64,000 nt of DNA from Naegleria gruberi (taxonomy: Eukaryota), in the NCBI GenBank assembly GCA_000004985.1, contig GG738865.1. One strand, given 5' to 3'. Positions 1 through 11,096 of the stretch are shown here, piece after piece. Numbering within the stretch: position 1 is the first letter of the stretch; each line of letters begins with the position of its first letter. The position numbers were made by a program, and so were the translations under genes. The notes below the pieces were generated by a model, which worked only from the letters and a program-made list of their open reading frames with translations, ran no database searches and was not told the origin of the DNA.

Positions 1-210
1 AGTTTCAATTGAAGATTTTTCACAAGTTCTCGATGAAGCAAGAGGAAATATTTGCCCACTACTGTCAGGAAGAGGATTTTACATGCCACTAGAGGATGAG
101 GATAATTTTGATTTTGAGGTATACAGTGGTACTGTACCAGAGGTAGTAAGTAGAATAATTGAATACTTTATTTTAACACATGAAAGACTCTGGTAGAGCC
201 ATTCGAGAAT

Positions 211-1729
211 GTGTCACAATTGGCAGATATTATTGGAAGTGGCGTAAAGAAACCATTCATTGCTAGAATTTGGAAAAAGTCAAAGATAAGATACTTTGGA
301 AAAACAAATGAGGAGAAACAATATCCAATGTTCTACGTATTATTAATTACAGACAAATCGACACCAAAAGGTGTACCAGTCACCATTTGGAATGAATTAG
401 CATTGAAAACTTATGGAGATTTAAGTGTTGGCGATATTATTTCAGCAGAGGAATATAGAGTGAAAAATTTCCACGATTCTGGAGTTTTCTCAACCAAATT
501 CAAAACTGAAATTTCTATCAACCCAACAAAATCACGAGTAATTCCAATTCAAAAGTTGGACGATAGAATTGCTAGCTTTGCTCCAATAGAATTTCCACTC
601 ACAAATATTAACACTATTATTCAATCTAAACTCGATGGAACAGTACTGAATATCATGGGCATTGTAGCAAATATTGGCCCTTACAGAAGAGAAAAGAGCC
701 AACATCAATTCTCTCAGTATAGATATGTCACATTAATGGATCCTTCTAGCATTTCTGCGATGTCTGTAAAATTATATACTAATTCAAGAAAGCACATTTT
801 GGATACTGTTCAAATTGGTCAAGTTGTGCTTTTGACTGATGTTTCTGCACATACATTCCTAACCTGTATGGACAAGGCTCAAACTACAACTAGTAATTTA
901 GAAAGCTCATTCATTACTCATGTATTTACAGAATCGCAATTATCTACTCTAAATTTTGCCTCTAATATCAAGGAAATTACTGGATACTTTGAGGATTTGA
1001 ATGAATGGAGAGAAAATAATAAGGACTTTTTCAATACTTGCCTTTCTGTGCCAACAACATTTGGACCTTCGAGGCAATATCCTATTCCAGACTTTCAAGA
1101 TTTTGAATCATTCAAAGCAAGATATGTCAACATTCCTTGGATTTATTACAAGGAATTATTTGAGATTCCTACTACTCTTCAACGTTTTCAAAGTACTAAT
1201 GTAATTGTCAAGGCAGTGGTGAAGGACATAACCATTGAAAATAACCTTAAAAGAAAGAGATCTCAAGAGGATGAGAGTAAGATGAAAAAGTCCAGCGATG
1301 CCAGCTCGACCAGAAGTGAAGAAAATTCCTATGAAGACGAAATTGACACTGCCTATACAATTTTAAGCCTAGAAACAGAGGTAAGTTTCAATTCAATACA
1401 ATACAAATTGGAATATGATATTAATTTAACAACCTGCAAAGGGAGTAAATGGAGATAGAAGACTGGAAATGTTAGTACCAATTTGGAATAATGAATTTTC
1501 GCATCCTGACTGTTATAATCCAACTTTTTTGGATGTAATAGATGAGCATTGCGAACAACTTTTCAAATTAAAAAGTCAAACCCATTACTTTAAGAATATG
1601 AATAGATTAATAGAGTATTATAAAAAAGAGATTGTGGACCAGACATACATTTTTGGAGTGGAAGTTCTTTGCAAAGAATATTCTGAATGCAAATATTATG
1701 TTACTCACATGTTTAAGGATGAGCCATAG
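211..1729 (+). CDS. OB-fold (RPA/POT1/CST-like) nucleic-acid-binding protein, 415-aa ORF; a possible short 3' exon at 1469-1729 reached through a GTAAGT-type intron near 1381-1475 (junction not resolved)
   Basis: Long ORF 211-1458 with repeated OB-fold-like segments (FIARIWKK...VPVTIWN; VTLMDPSS...VVLLTD). GTAAGT sits right after codon 390 and the downstream ORF 1469-1729 is in a frame reachable by a short intron. No canonical GT-AG pair gave a clean frame by hand count. Product assignment is by weak motif resemblance only. Confidence 0.35.
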
Positions 1730-1770
1730 TTTTATTAGCAAGACTGAGATTACTGGATTAAGAAAACAGT

Positions 1771-2811
1771 TCAGTTTTTATTGCTCATAATGGCCTCCCT
1801 GATTTTTTGCACCTTGGTACTGAACTTGATGGCTTTTGGTTCCTCTTTTGTATTATCTGAATCAAGAGGAAAGCGAATAAAGCTTGAACCGTAAACGAAT
1901 GTATCATCTGCGACTTCCTTCTTGCTGTCTGTATTAACTTGTCTTAGTTTTTTCAAATATTTCAATTCTAGACAAGAGTGAAGCATGATAGTATCTATCT
2001 GCATTTCACTATCTTCCAAAAAATTGGAAGAACTCACAACAGTTGGGGCAGTGAATTGATTTTCTCCAACCTTGAACAGAGAAGGTAATGTCTTTTCAAA
2101 AGTATCTGTTTGAACATCTTCCGGCTCAATAGAGAATTCTGGTTGAATTGTTTGATTTACCATCACTGGCTCATTCCAATAAAATTTAGTTCTAGTCTTC
2201 TTTGTTTTCTTGTTATGATAAATATCATTGTACTTGTTAACTAGAGCACTAATTTCCTTTTCAACATTTTCCAAATCCAAGAATCCATTTTGCTTTTCCT
2301 CATCACCTTCCACTCCTGAATAGAGTGAAGACCATTTCATTTGTTGATTCTTCCTCTCATAATATTCAACCTTCTTTAACTTTTCAATCAAAGTCTCCTT
2401 CCTTCGAATTCTTTCATTCTCCTCTCTTTCCGCTAGTACTCTCTTTTTATATTCTGTTTTAAATAACTTGATAGCTTGTTTTCTATAATTATTATTATCA
2501 TCATTTCCATCATGATGAATATTTGCAATAATTTCAAAGGCTGGACAATTTTCTTGTTTTTTCCTCTCGTAAATGATTTTTTCTCTATAAAGATTCTCCA
2601 ATCTCTTGGCCAATATTTCAATCCGTTCCATACTTGATGTATTATTCCCTCCATCATTAATTTTCTTCTCCAACTCTAAAGGCTCTCCGATAGTTTTAAT
2701 AATCTTTCCACAATGTTTCCTGATTCTCCTTTGAAATTCGTTAATAAATTGCAATCGTAGATCGATAGCATCATCTTGTACTGTTACATAGTGAGGCATG
2801 AAGAATTTCAA
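1771..2811 (-). CDS. hypothetical charged coiled-coil protein (346 aa)
   Basis: Uninterrupted 346-codon ORF with coding-like composition and an ATG start. Lys/Glu-rich heptad-like stretches. No recognisable domain. Confidence 0.45.
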   Translation of the reverse strand: MKFFMPHYVTVQDDAIDLRLQFINEFQRRIRKHCGKIIKTIGEPLELEKKINDGGNNTSSMERIEILAKRLENLYREKIIYERKKQENCPAFEIIANIHHDGNDDNNNYRKQAIKLFKTEYKKRVLAEREENERIRRKETLIEKLKKVEYYERKNQQMKWSSLYSGVEGDEEKQNGFLDLENVEKEISALVNKYNDIYHNKKTKKTRTKFYWNEPVMVNQTIQPEFSIEPEDVQTDTFEKTLPSLFKVGENQFTAPTVVSSSNFLEDSEMQIDTIMLHSCLELKYLKKLRQVNTDSKKEVADDTFVYGSSFIRFPLDSDNTKEEPKAIKFSTKVQKIREAIMSNKN

Positions 2812-3012
2812 TCAGCTTATTTTTTTTAAGGATTTTTATTTTATTAAAATTATTAAATTGTTATTTAATATTTCTTCATCATATTGTCATGACAATAAAG
2901 TCCATAATTGGGTTATTTTTCATGTTCTATTTATGGAAGTGATTTTGATAAATAAATTACTATTTAAATATTGATCTGTTATGTTTATATAATTAAGAAA
3001 TTATAAAAAGAA

Positions 3013-3495
3013 ATGAAATTCATTCCGCTTGAAAGAAATCAATTTACCAATCTCTTGCTCAATCAACAGAGAATTCAAGACGTTTCGAATAATTCCAACT
3101 GTCAATGCAGAGCTCGTGATCAACAGCCAACTAATTGTGAATGTTCTCAAATCAATGTTGGAATATTATTGCATCCTTCAAGTCAAACTTCAATTCATGA
3201 CTTTACAATTGAATCGTTTCTCAATCAGTTTAGTTTAAACCTCTTGTCGAAACTACCACATGGACAATCGATTAATATTATTGGAATTGCAATTGTCATG
3301 CCAAAGACTGAACTCAAACAAGAAGGAGAAAATGATTTCATCAGAGAATTTTGGAAATTTTCACCTCCTTATTCAAAACCTAACCATTATTCGAAACGAG
3401 TTTTAATTTCACTTCCTGGTGATGGCAATTCCCTGTGGTTTCATCTTTCTCCCTTCCTTTCCTTCAATTCCACTTCACTTCCTTCAAAACTATAA
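3013..3495 (+). CDS. hypothetical small protein (160 aa), weak call
   Basis: ATG-initiated 160-codon ORF in an otherwise AT-rich spacer. No recognisable motifs. Confidence 0.2.
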   Translation: MKFIPLERNQFTNLLLNQQRIQDVSNNSNCQCRARDQQPTNCECSQINVGILLHPSSQTSIHDFTIESFLNQFSLNLLSKLPHGQSINIIGIAIVMPKTELKQEGENDFIREFWKFSPPYSKPNHYSKRVLISLPGDGNSLWFHLSPFLSFNSTSLPSKL

Positions 3496-3765
3496 ATGTT
3501 AATTTTCATCATCTTTTCATATTCCACTTTCTTCTACTTTCCACCAGTTTAAATTGTACAAATAAGTTAACTAGATCATTTATTGAGTTGTAATTAAATA
3601 GGCGCCGTAAATTCCAGTAAATTTTTCAAAATCTAAAAAAAATTAAAAAAAAATAGAAATTTCATTATCCTTGTTCAGCAGCGTCATCTTTGTATGTTCA
3701 AGAGTCGCAATCACAAATAGATTTTTCAAAGTTCAGCCAATAACAAGGAAAAACAAAATACAACA

Positions 3766-3812
3766 CAACAACAATAACAAATACAACAATAACAAATACA
3801 ACAATAACAACA
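3766..3812. repeat. about 3 tandem copies of a 15-nt unit (acaacaataacaaat) immediately 5' of the GDPD start codon
   Basis: Direct reading: acaacaataacaaat acaacaataacaaat acaacaataacaa caATG. Confidence 0.6.
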
Positions 3813-5122
3813 ATGAATAGTCGGGGGATAAAATCGAGCGGACTAGTAGGGAATGGTTCTACTTCTGCTCTTGTATTATTAATTATCAATGTGATGATGC
3901 TGATAGTAGCGATGAATAATTTCCTAATAATGACGGAAGCAAAATTTGAATTGATTGGACATAGAGGAGCTCCAAATTTGAGACCTGAACATACGTATGA
4001 ATCCTATTTATTGGCTTTTCAACAAGATGCTGATTATATTGAATTTGATGTAATGCCATCTAAAGATGGAGTCCTTATGGTGACTCATAGTTTTGAATTA
4101 ACTGGTAGGTACCTGATTGAAAATCTTTGAGTGTGCTAACTGTTTCTTCTATAGAAATTAGTAATGTTGCCTCTGTGAGCAAATTTTCGGATAGAAAGAA
4201 AACTAAAGTTGTCGATAAGAAATCATATTCTGGATGGTTTATTGAGGATTTTACTGCTTCTGAATTACAGGAATTGAGATTGAGAGAAAGATATCCACAA
4301 GCTAGAACTACCAAGTTTGATGACATCTTTGTCATGCCAACTCTTGAAACAGCACTTGACTATATAATTGCTATTACTCCAAATAATTCTTCTAAAATCA
4401 AGCTCTATATCGAAACAAAGCATCCAACATATTTTGCATCTGCTTTGAATGTCGATGTTAACCAATTGCTTGTTAATGTTTTGGAGAAGTACCATTATCT
4501 TGAATATACCATGTTCCAATCATTTGAAATTTCAAGTATGACTAGTATTCGTACAATTTTGTCCAACAAGAATATTCAACCATTGGGATATGTGATGCTT
4601 TTAGTGGCTAATGGTTCTCAAATTGATAATGGAAGAAATTTTGATGAGTACCTGACTGAGGAAGGTATTGATACAGCAAAGAGTGCTGGTATCACTGGTT
4701 TCGGACCAGCTTGGAAGATGGTTACTAAACCATGGGTTGAATCAGTTCACAAGAGAAATTTAATCATTCACCCATATACTTACAGACCTGAGGAATACTT
4801 TTTGAAACAAACCCCATATACCACCTTCTCTGATTTTATTAAGAGTGCTTTGGAACTTGGTGTTGATGGAGTTTTCACTGAGGACATTGATCAAACCAGA
4901 GCCATTGTTCTTGCCTATGAATCCAATTCAGTTGTGACTGTCTTGCTAATCGTTGCCTTTGTATTCGTTGGAGTTTTATTCATTGTCATTGCTGCCTCTG
5001 TTTTATCAGCTTACCTTTGCAAGAGAAAGACCAATCCATCATCATCAGCCACCCAAAACAGAGAAGAACGTGCAGGTCTTGCCCAACAATCCAATTCCTA
5101 TTCATATAATCAAGATGAATAA
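3813..5122 (+). CDS. glycerophosphodiester phosphodiesterase (GDPD family) with C-terminal transmembrane anchor; 2 exons (about 3813-4104 and 4155-5122), intron about 50 nt (gtaggtacc...ttctatag)
   Basis: Exon 1 encodes the canonical GDPD active-site block IGHRGAPNLRPEHTYESYLLAF...DYIEFDV.PSKDG. Joining ELT|g to aa-att-agt across a 50-nt GT..AG intron continues the frame into ORF 4127-5122. A hydrophobic helix (VVTVLLIVAFVFVGVLFIVIAASVL) lies near the C-terminus. Confidence 0.85.
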
Positions 5123-5439
5123 TTATTACCACTACTTTATAAATCTCACACAATAGATTTATCATCTTTTCAATTATAATGGATTCCAAGATTGACCTTT
5201 GATGTTTCAACTTGCTCCTCGAATTGGTTTGGGAACGCCCATTCATAATTAGGCGCCAAAAACATTAAGACCTCAATAAACGCCTCTCCTACTATTTTAC
5301 TTGTTTGAAAAAACAAAACACTCATCATCTTCCATCCTCCGAACACTACCAATATACTCTGTGTTTTGTTCAATAACTTGGATTTTCCATTATTATTATT
5401 AATACAAATAATTAAATAATTTAATATAGTAGCTTAATC

Positions 5440-6057
5440 ATGCCAACACCATCACCAAAAACCAAAACTACGGAATATGAACCTCTCATCTATAGAATTG
5501 TTGCCTTCCTTCAGGTAATTCTGAGTTTGTTCTTCAACTTGACCTTAATTTGCTTAATTCCGTTCATGATTGTTGCCAATCACAGAACCAATCAGACCAA
5601 TACAGAACAATTAGTAGTCTTGGGTATATGTTTAATCATTTTAACGCTCATGTCCATGGCAAAGAATGTGGGCACAGCTTTGGCTTCATGGAAAGGAACC
5701 TTCATGGCCATTCAGGAAGGATTACAGAATCACATTACTCAACAAAATCTCAGAACGAAACGATTTGCCATGATTGGCTGTGGATGTGCCATTGCTCACA
5801 TGATACTTGGCCTCATTCTTTCCTATTTAGGAACTGTCTTTATTGTCATGCTTGTGGATAATTTGGATGATAGAGAATTCGATTGGGGAGTTGATAGTTT
5901 GGAATTTGATAATCCTTTTGCTTTTGTTGTGGCCATTGTCCATTTAATTTTCAATATTGCCGCATTTGGAGTATCAGTGTGGAATCTCATTTTGGTAACT
6001 CGTGAAATTGCCCACTATCACAATGTCAAACCAAGTGGTGAAGAAGAATCCCATTAA
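5440..6057 (+). CDS. small polytopic membrane protein (205 aa, about 4 predicted TM helices)
   Basis: ATG ORF with four long hydrophobic segments. No recognisable family. Confidence 0.45.
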   Translation: MPTPSPKTKTTEYEPLIYRIVAFLQVILSLFFNLTLICLIPFMIVANHRTNQTNTEQLVVLGICLIILTLMSMAKNVGTALASWKGTFMAIQEGLQNHITQQNLRTKRFAMIGCGCAIAHMILGLILSYLGTVFIVMLVDNLDDREFDWGVDSLEFDNPFAFVVAIVHLIFNIAAFGVSVWNLILVTREIAHYHNVKPSGEEESH

Positions 6058-6163
6058 ATAATTCTTAATCTCTTTCCTTTCACTTATTTTCTTATAACTT
6101 TATTGTAAACTCAAAGTGCAATTGCATCAAAGCATGCAAAAACGAAATTAAATAAAGAAAAAA

Positions 6164-7201
6164 ATGTTACATGAAGAAATACCACCTGTTACATCATCTC
6201 TGGAAAATCACAACAATTCATCCCGAATGTTATCCATGATGAAAAATTGTAAACTCACTCCCGAATTGATCTGTGAAGAATTTGAAGGTTTATTGCAACC
6301 TGAGAGAATTTTAAATGTCTACGTGTATGGAAGTAGATTGTATGGTAAATCGGCCGATAATGATTATTATACTATCAATCAAGATTCGGATTTTGATATC
6401 ATGCTTGTTTATGATTTTGATAATTTTCAGGCACCACAAAAGTTGACTTTCCTTTCGAATCAGAAGGAGAATAGAAATTCAGAGTTTTTCCAATTGGAAA
6501 TTCCTCTGTGGATGAAGAGAAGAGAGAGTTTAATTGAAAATAGTGTGGAAAATTCGAATAATGCATCAGAAAATCTCAACGAGATTGAGAAATTCACACC
6601 ACACATGGAGAGGCAAACACTTGAGAATGGTGAAATTATTTACAATTTCAAACAGAAACAATTTGGAGTGGATATGTGCATTTATACAAGAGAGCAATTT
6701 TTGAATCAATTGAAGAAACATCAATTTTCTGAATTGTTGGGTTTGTTTTTGGAGAGAAGCGATGAAGATTATCACAGTTTTATATTGAAAAAGACAGTTG
6801 ACTTTTCTGAAGAGTTTGAAAAGAGTGGAGTTGGAATTCAGTTGAGTAAATTGAGAGCTTCGCTTAGTCAATCAGCGTCTATGGTGTGGAAATGTTGTAG
6901 ATCCATGATGGAACACAGATTGGATTTAGATCCTCCAGAAGTAGAAGTATTCAAAGGCAAAAAGACACTTATTCACACTCTCAGAGTTTATCACTATGGA
7001 ATTCAAATTGCCAAGTTTGGAAAGATTGTGGATTGGCATGAATGTGACAAGTATTATGATGCAATATTCAAACATCCAGAAAAGTACAATTCCTTTAGAG
7101 AATTATCTCAACAATTCAACAAGATTAGACTTGCCTTACATGATGAATTTAGAAATCTTTGTCCAAAAGATGAGACACTAGCAGAGAATGATGAGGAATA
7201 A
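6164..7201 (+). CDS. nucleotidyltransferase-fold (Pol-beta superfamily-like) protein, 345 aa
   Basis: Motif YGSRLYGKSADNDYYTINQDSDFDIML matches the hG[GS]...[DE]h[DE]h nucleotidyltransferase signature, followed by a helical region. Family (OAS/cGAS/Mab21/Cid1-like) is not determinable by eye. Confidence 0.4.
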   Translation: MLHEEIPPVTSSLENHNNSSRMLSMMKNCKLTPELICEEFEGLLQPERILNVYVYGSRLYGKSADNDYYTINQDSDFDIMLVYDFDNFQAPQKLTFLSNQKENRNSEFFQLEIPLWMKRRESLIENSVENSNNASENLNEIEKFTPHMERQTLENGEIIYNFKQKQFGVDMCIYTREQFLNQLKKHQFSELLGLFLERSDEDYHSFILKKTVDFSEEFEKSGVGIQLSKLRASLSQSASMVWKCCRSMMEHRLDLDPPEVEVFKGKKTLIHTLRVYHYGIQIAKFGKIVDWHECDKYYDAIFKHPEKYNSFRELSQQFNKIRLALHDEFRNLCPKDETLAENDEE

Positions 7202-7293
7202 ATTTTGTACAAATATATTATTGAGAAATTTAGCTAAAATTCGAGTTGTGAGAACGAATGAAACCTAGGATTGTTAAAGAATACTATTGATCA

Positions 7294-8600
7294 TTATTCT
7301 TCAGCAGTTTCGAGTTTTTGAATCAACTTTTCCAGAGTTTCCTTCTTCTTTGTGATTGCTTTTACAATGGCAGTTGTGTCATTTGGATCCAAAGCATCAG
7401 CAAGTTTCTTTTCCAATTCTTCAATTTCATTTGATTCTCTGTCCGCTATTGATTCAATTTCTTCCATACTGGCACGATTAATATCGTCATCTGTGAGGAA
7501 ACTTGTTGAAGCAAGATGTTTGCGAAGTTCTTCAGAAATTTGTTGAACTGGTTCAACAACTGCTGCAATTGGTTGAACAGCAGGTACTGATGATTCAACA
7601 ACACTTGTAGCTGTTGGTTGAGTAGTGATAGGAGTAGGTTCTGGTTGCTTCTTTGATTTTCTCTGTTGTTGAGATTGTTATTAAATCATGAAAATGGGAA
7701 TTTGATACTTACACCTCTCTTCTTCTTGGCAGGAGTACCATTTTGTGATTGTGAACTAGTGGCAACAGTGCTAGTAGTTGTGGATTTACTTGGAGTATTT
7801 GGTGGAGTTTCAATAATTACCGAATCAGATGAAACAGTTGTTGCTTTAGGTGAGTGAGCAATAGAATCAGCAACCATTGTGGATGATGACCTCTTCTTTC
7901 CTCGTCCTCTTCCTCTTCCAGAACTGCCTCTCTTTGATTCTTTAGTTTGTTGAGTTGAAATATGTTCCACATTTGATGATGATGAGTGTACTGCATGTTT
8001 AACACGATGATGTACATAATTATCATTTTCACTTTCAGTTTCACTTGCAAGAGAAAAGTCAAATTGATTATTTTTATCCTCAATTTCTCTTTCAATTCTA
8101 TTGAAAAAGATGATGTTAACAAAAAGTCTAATCAGATAAAAAGACATACATATTATAAACTCCAGATTGTGCAACTTGTTGAATTTTAACATCCACTTCA
8201 GAACGAAGTAATTCTGTTGAATGTCTACTCGTGGAAATGTGTAACATTTGTTGAAGTTGGGTAAGAACTTTTAACTTTTCCCAAGTAATTTCACCTTGTG
8301 CACGGAATGCACTAACCACACTACTGTATGCAGTTGTTTCTATTCAATAATGCACGTAAATATCATCCATACTTGTATCCAATAATACCTACCATATTGT
8401 CTTAAACGTTTAACGAGTTGTTTTTCAGATGACGTTATCAGAGAATCCGTATCAATCATCATGTTATCACTTCCATTTGTTGATTGTTGTTGGCTTAGAT
8501 TTGTTGTGTGATCGGTGACCAAATTATTCGATGCTGATGACGATGAAGCAGTGTTATTCACGCCCGACAACGCTTCTTGTTGTTGGCTCATTTTTTTCAA
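7294..8600 (-). CDS. ENT (EMSY N-terminal) domain protein, 4 exons (about 8600-8393, 8339-8150, 8097-7713, 7662-7294), about 383 aa
   Basis: Exon 2 encodes ETTAYSSVVSAFRAQGEITWEKLKVLTQLQQMLHISTSRHSTELL, a close match to the ENT domain consensus (AYSAVLRAF...LTWEKE.LLT.LR). Three short introns (53, 52, 50 nt; donors GTAGGT, GTATGT, GTAAGT) join four in-frame ORF pieces. The summed CDS is 1152 nt. Confidence 0.6.
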
Positions 8601-8762
8601 TAATTTATTTTTAAAAATTTAAAATTGAAAAAGTTTTCTTTTTTGTAACCGTTACGTGCACTCCCAAACTCAAATACTTATTCAAATTATTCAAAGAAAC
8701 ACTGTAAATATCTATAGAGAGATGAGCAAAATTGTTATTGTTATTATTTGTTGTTAAGTTTT

Positions 8763-10556
8763 TTACATTCTAAAGACACCGAATTGAGTTGGACTTTCAA
8801 TCTTTCCATTTTCACAAGCACTCAAACTCAAACCAAGAATTCTTCTTGTGTCACGTGGATCAATGACACCATCATCCCACAATCTGGCAGATGAGAAGTA
8901 TGGGTGACCTTCATGTTCATACTTGGCTCTAATACCATTCTTGAATTCTTCCATTTCTTGTTCTGGAACTTCCTTACCTAATCTCTTCATACCTTCAACC
9001 TTAACTTGGGAAAGGACGCCAGCAGCTTGTTCACCACCCATGACAGAGATTCTAGAATTTGGCCACATGTACAAGAATCTTGGATTGTAAGCTCTACCAC
9101 ACATACCATAGTTACCAGCACCGAAACTACCACCGAGGAGGACAGTAATCTTTGGAACCTTAGCACAAGCAACAGCCATGACCATCTTGGCACCATCCTT
9201 AGCAATACCATTGGTTTCGTATTGTTTACCAACCATGAAACCAGTAATATTTTGAAGGAACAAGAGTGGAATACCTCTTTGAGAACACAATTCAACAAAG
9301 TGAGCTCCCTTTTGAGCAGATGATGAGAACAAGATACCATTGTTAGCAATAATACCAACTGGCTTACCATAAATCTTGGCAAAACCTGTCACCAATGTAG
9401 TTCCGTATAATTGTTTGAATTCATCAAATCTACTTCCATCGACAATACGAGCAATAATATCTCTGACATCGAATGGTTTTCTACCATCACGTGGAATGAT
9501 ACCTAAAATTTCATCTGGATTATATTTTGGTTCTTCAAAAGATGTTGGAACTTCATTTCTATTACTATTATTCTTTCCCAAAAAGTCAGTCTTTTTCATA
9601 TTGAGATTTGAAATAATTCTTCTTGTCAAATAAATAGCTTCAGTTTCATCATTGGCATAGTAATCAGTGACACCACTTTGTCTACAGTGAACATCAGCAC
9701 CACCCAATTCTTCATCAGTAACTTCTTCACCAGTAGCAGCCTTAACTAATGGTGGACCACCCAAATAAATAGTACCATTACCCTTTACAATAATACTTTC
9801 ATCAGCCATTGCAGGAACATAGGCACCACCTGCAGTACATTTACCCATAACTACAGCAATTTGTGGAATACCTTGAGCACTCATATTGGCTTGATTGTAG
9901 AAAATTCTACCAAAGTGAAGTTTGTCAGGGAAAACATCAGCTTGATGTTCCAAGTTGGCACCACCACTGTCAGCAATGTAAATACATGGCAAGTTATTTT
10001 GTTCAGCAATTTCTTGGGCTCTCAAATGTTTCTTTACAGTGATTGGATAATATGTACCTCCTTTAACAGTTGCATCGTTAGCAACAATTACACACAATTG
10101 ATCGTGAATTTTACCAATACCTGTAATAATACCACCAGCAGGTACTTCATCCTTTCCGTACAATTCATAACCAGCCAATTGACTGAATTCGAGGAAAGGA
10201 GATCCATCATCCAACATTCTATTAATACGATCTCTAACCAAGAGCTTGTTTCTTGAAGTGTGCATCTTTCTATACTTTTCTCCACCTCCCAACTTGATCT
10301 TTTCAACCAAATTCTTCAAATCATTAACTCCTTGAATATTGTGAGTATAATTTGCCTTGTATTCGGCATCATGATGAATATTATTTTCAAGAATATTATG
10401 AGTATTTTCAGCACTTGTAATACTATGATAAAATCTATTATTATTTGATGAAGATCCAGCAGCTAATTGTTTGGCCAAAGAACCACCAACCAAACCAGAA
10501 CGTTGTTGTTGGTTGAGAAGAATGCTAGAAATTTTCTTGGTTGAATTTTTAAGCAT
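8763..10556 (-). CDS. MCCC2: 3-methylcrotonoyl-CoA carboxylase beta subunit (carboxyltransferase), mitochondrial; intronless, 597 aa
   Basis: Near-colinear match to MCCC2 carboxyltransferase blocks ([110 protein letters not shown]). The N-terminus looks like a mitochondrial presequence. Confidence 0.9.
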   Translation of the reverse strand: MLKNSTKKISSILLNQQQRSGLVGGSLAKQLAAGSSSNNNRFYHSITSAENTHNILENNIHHDAEYKANYTHNIQGVNDLKNLVEKIKLGGGEKYRKMHTSRNKLLVRDRINRMLDDGSPFLEFSQLAGYELYGKDEVPAGGIITGIGKIHDQLCVIVANDATVKGGTYYPITVKKHLRAQEIAEQNNLPCIYIADSGGANLEHQADVFPDKLHFGRIFYNQANMSAQGIPQIAVVMGKCTAGGAYVPAMADESIIVKGNGTIYLGGPPLVKAATGEEVTDEELGGADVHCRQSGVTDYYANDETEAIYLTRRIISNLNMKKTDFLGKNNSNRNEVPTSFEEPKYNPDEILGIIPRDGRKPFDVRDIIARIVDGSRFDEFKQLYGTTLVTGFAKIYGKPVGIIANNGILFSSSAQKGAHFVELCSQRGIPLLFLQNITGFMVGKQYETNGIAKDGAKMVMAVACAKVPKITVLLGGSFGAGNYGMCGRAYNPRFLYMWPNSRISVMGGEQAAGVLSQVKVEGMKRLGKEVPEQEMEEFKNGIRAKYEHEGHPYFSSARLWDDGVIDPRDTRRILGLSLSACENGKIESPTQFGVFRM

Positions 10557-11096
10557 TTTTTTGTTTGTGTTTTTTATTGCAAACTCTGGCTCATATCTTC
10601 ATTGCGCTCCATACTCTTTAGCAAATCATCTACACAAGCATTTGCTTACTTGAGCATAGAATGCAAGCACATACGGACTTCCAAACTTTTCCTTGGTCCA
10701 TTGTTTTTTGAAAAAGTCAGTCCATTGGTCACGGATTGAAATATTGAATGTTGTTGTGTTTGTTACAAGGGAAAAATTCATTTTGATTGAATGGAAAGTT
10801 TTGAGATGGATGGAATTGTGACAATCTTGATGAAAACAAGTGATAATTATCGACTAATAACAACATTGAAAGTTTAACCAATGATGACCAATACATTTAT
10901 GATCATAGATCAACTTGAATGAAACACTTTCCACTATTTTGATTTGATTCAAATCTTCTCAATCTCCTAATCACCGAAACCGCACACACAATAAGAGCAG
11001 AAAAAACAATAGAACAACAACAGTATCCAGAAGAACCCCACAACTCTTCTTGTTTTAATCGAGTGCTCGGAAATCAATAGAGGACAAGTAACAACA

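Noticed and set aside
5550-5861. 103-aa Cys/His-rich ORF in an alternative frame of the 5440-6057 gene
   Set aside because: It is wholly nested out of frame in a longer ORF with clear TM helices. The Cys/His richness comes from TGT/CAT codons and is not a zinc-finger pattern.
8987-9382. 131-aa minus-strand ORF and 105-aa plus-strand ORF (9006-9323) inside the MCCC2 locus
   Set aside because: They are embedded in or antisense to a strongly homology-supported CDS with no independent signal.
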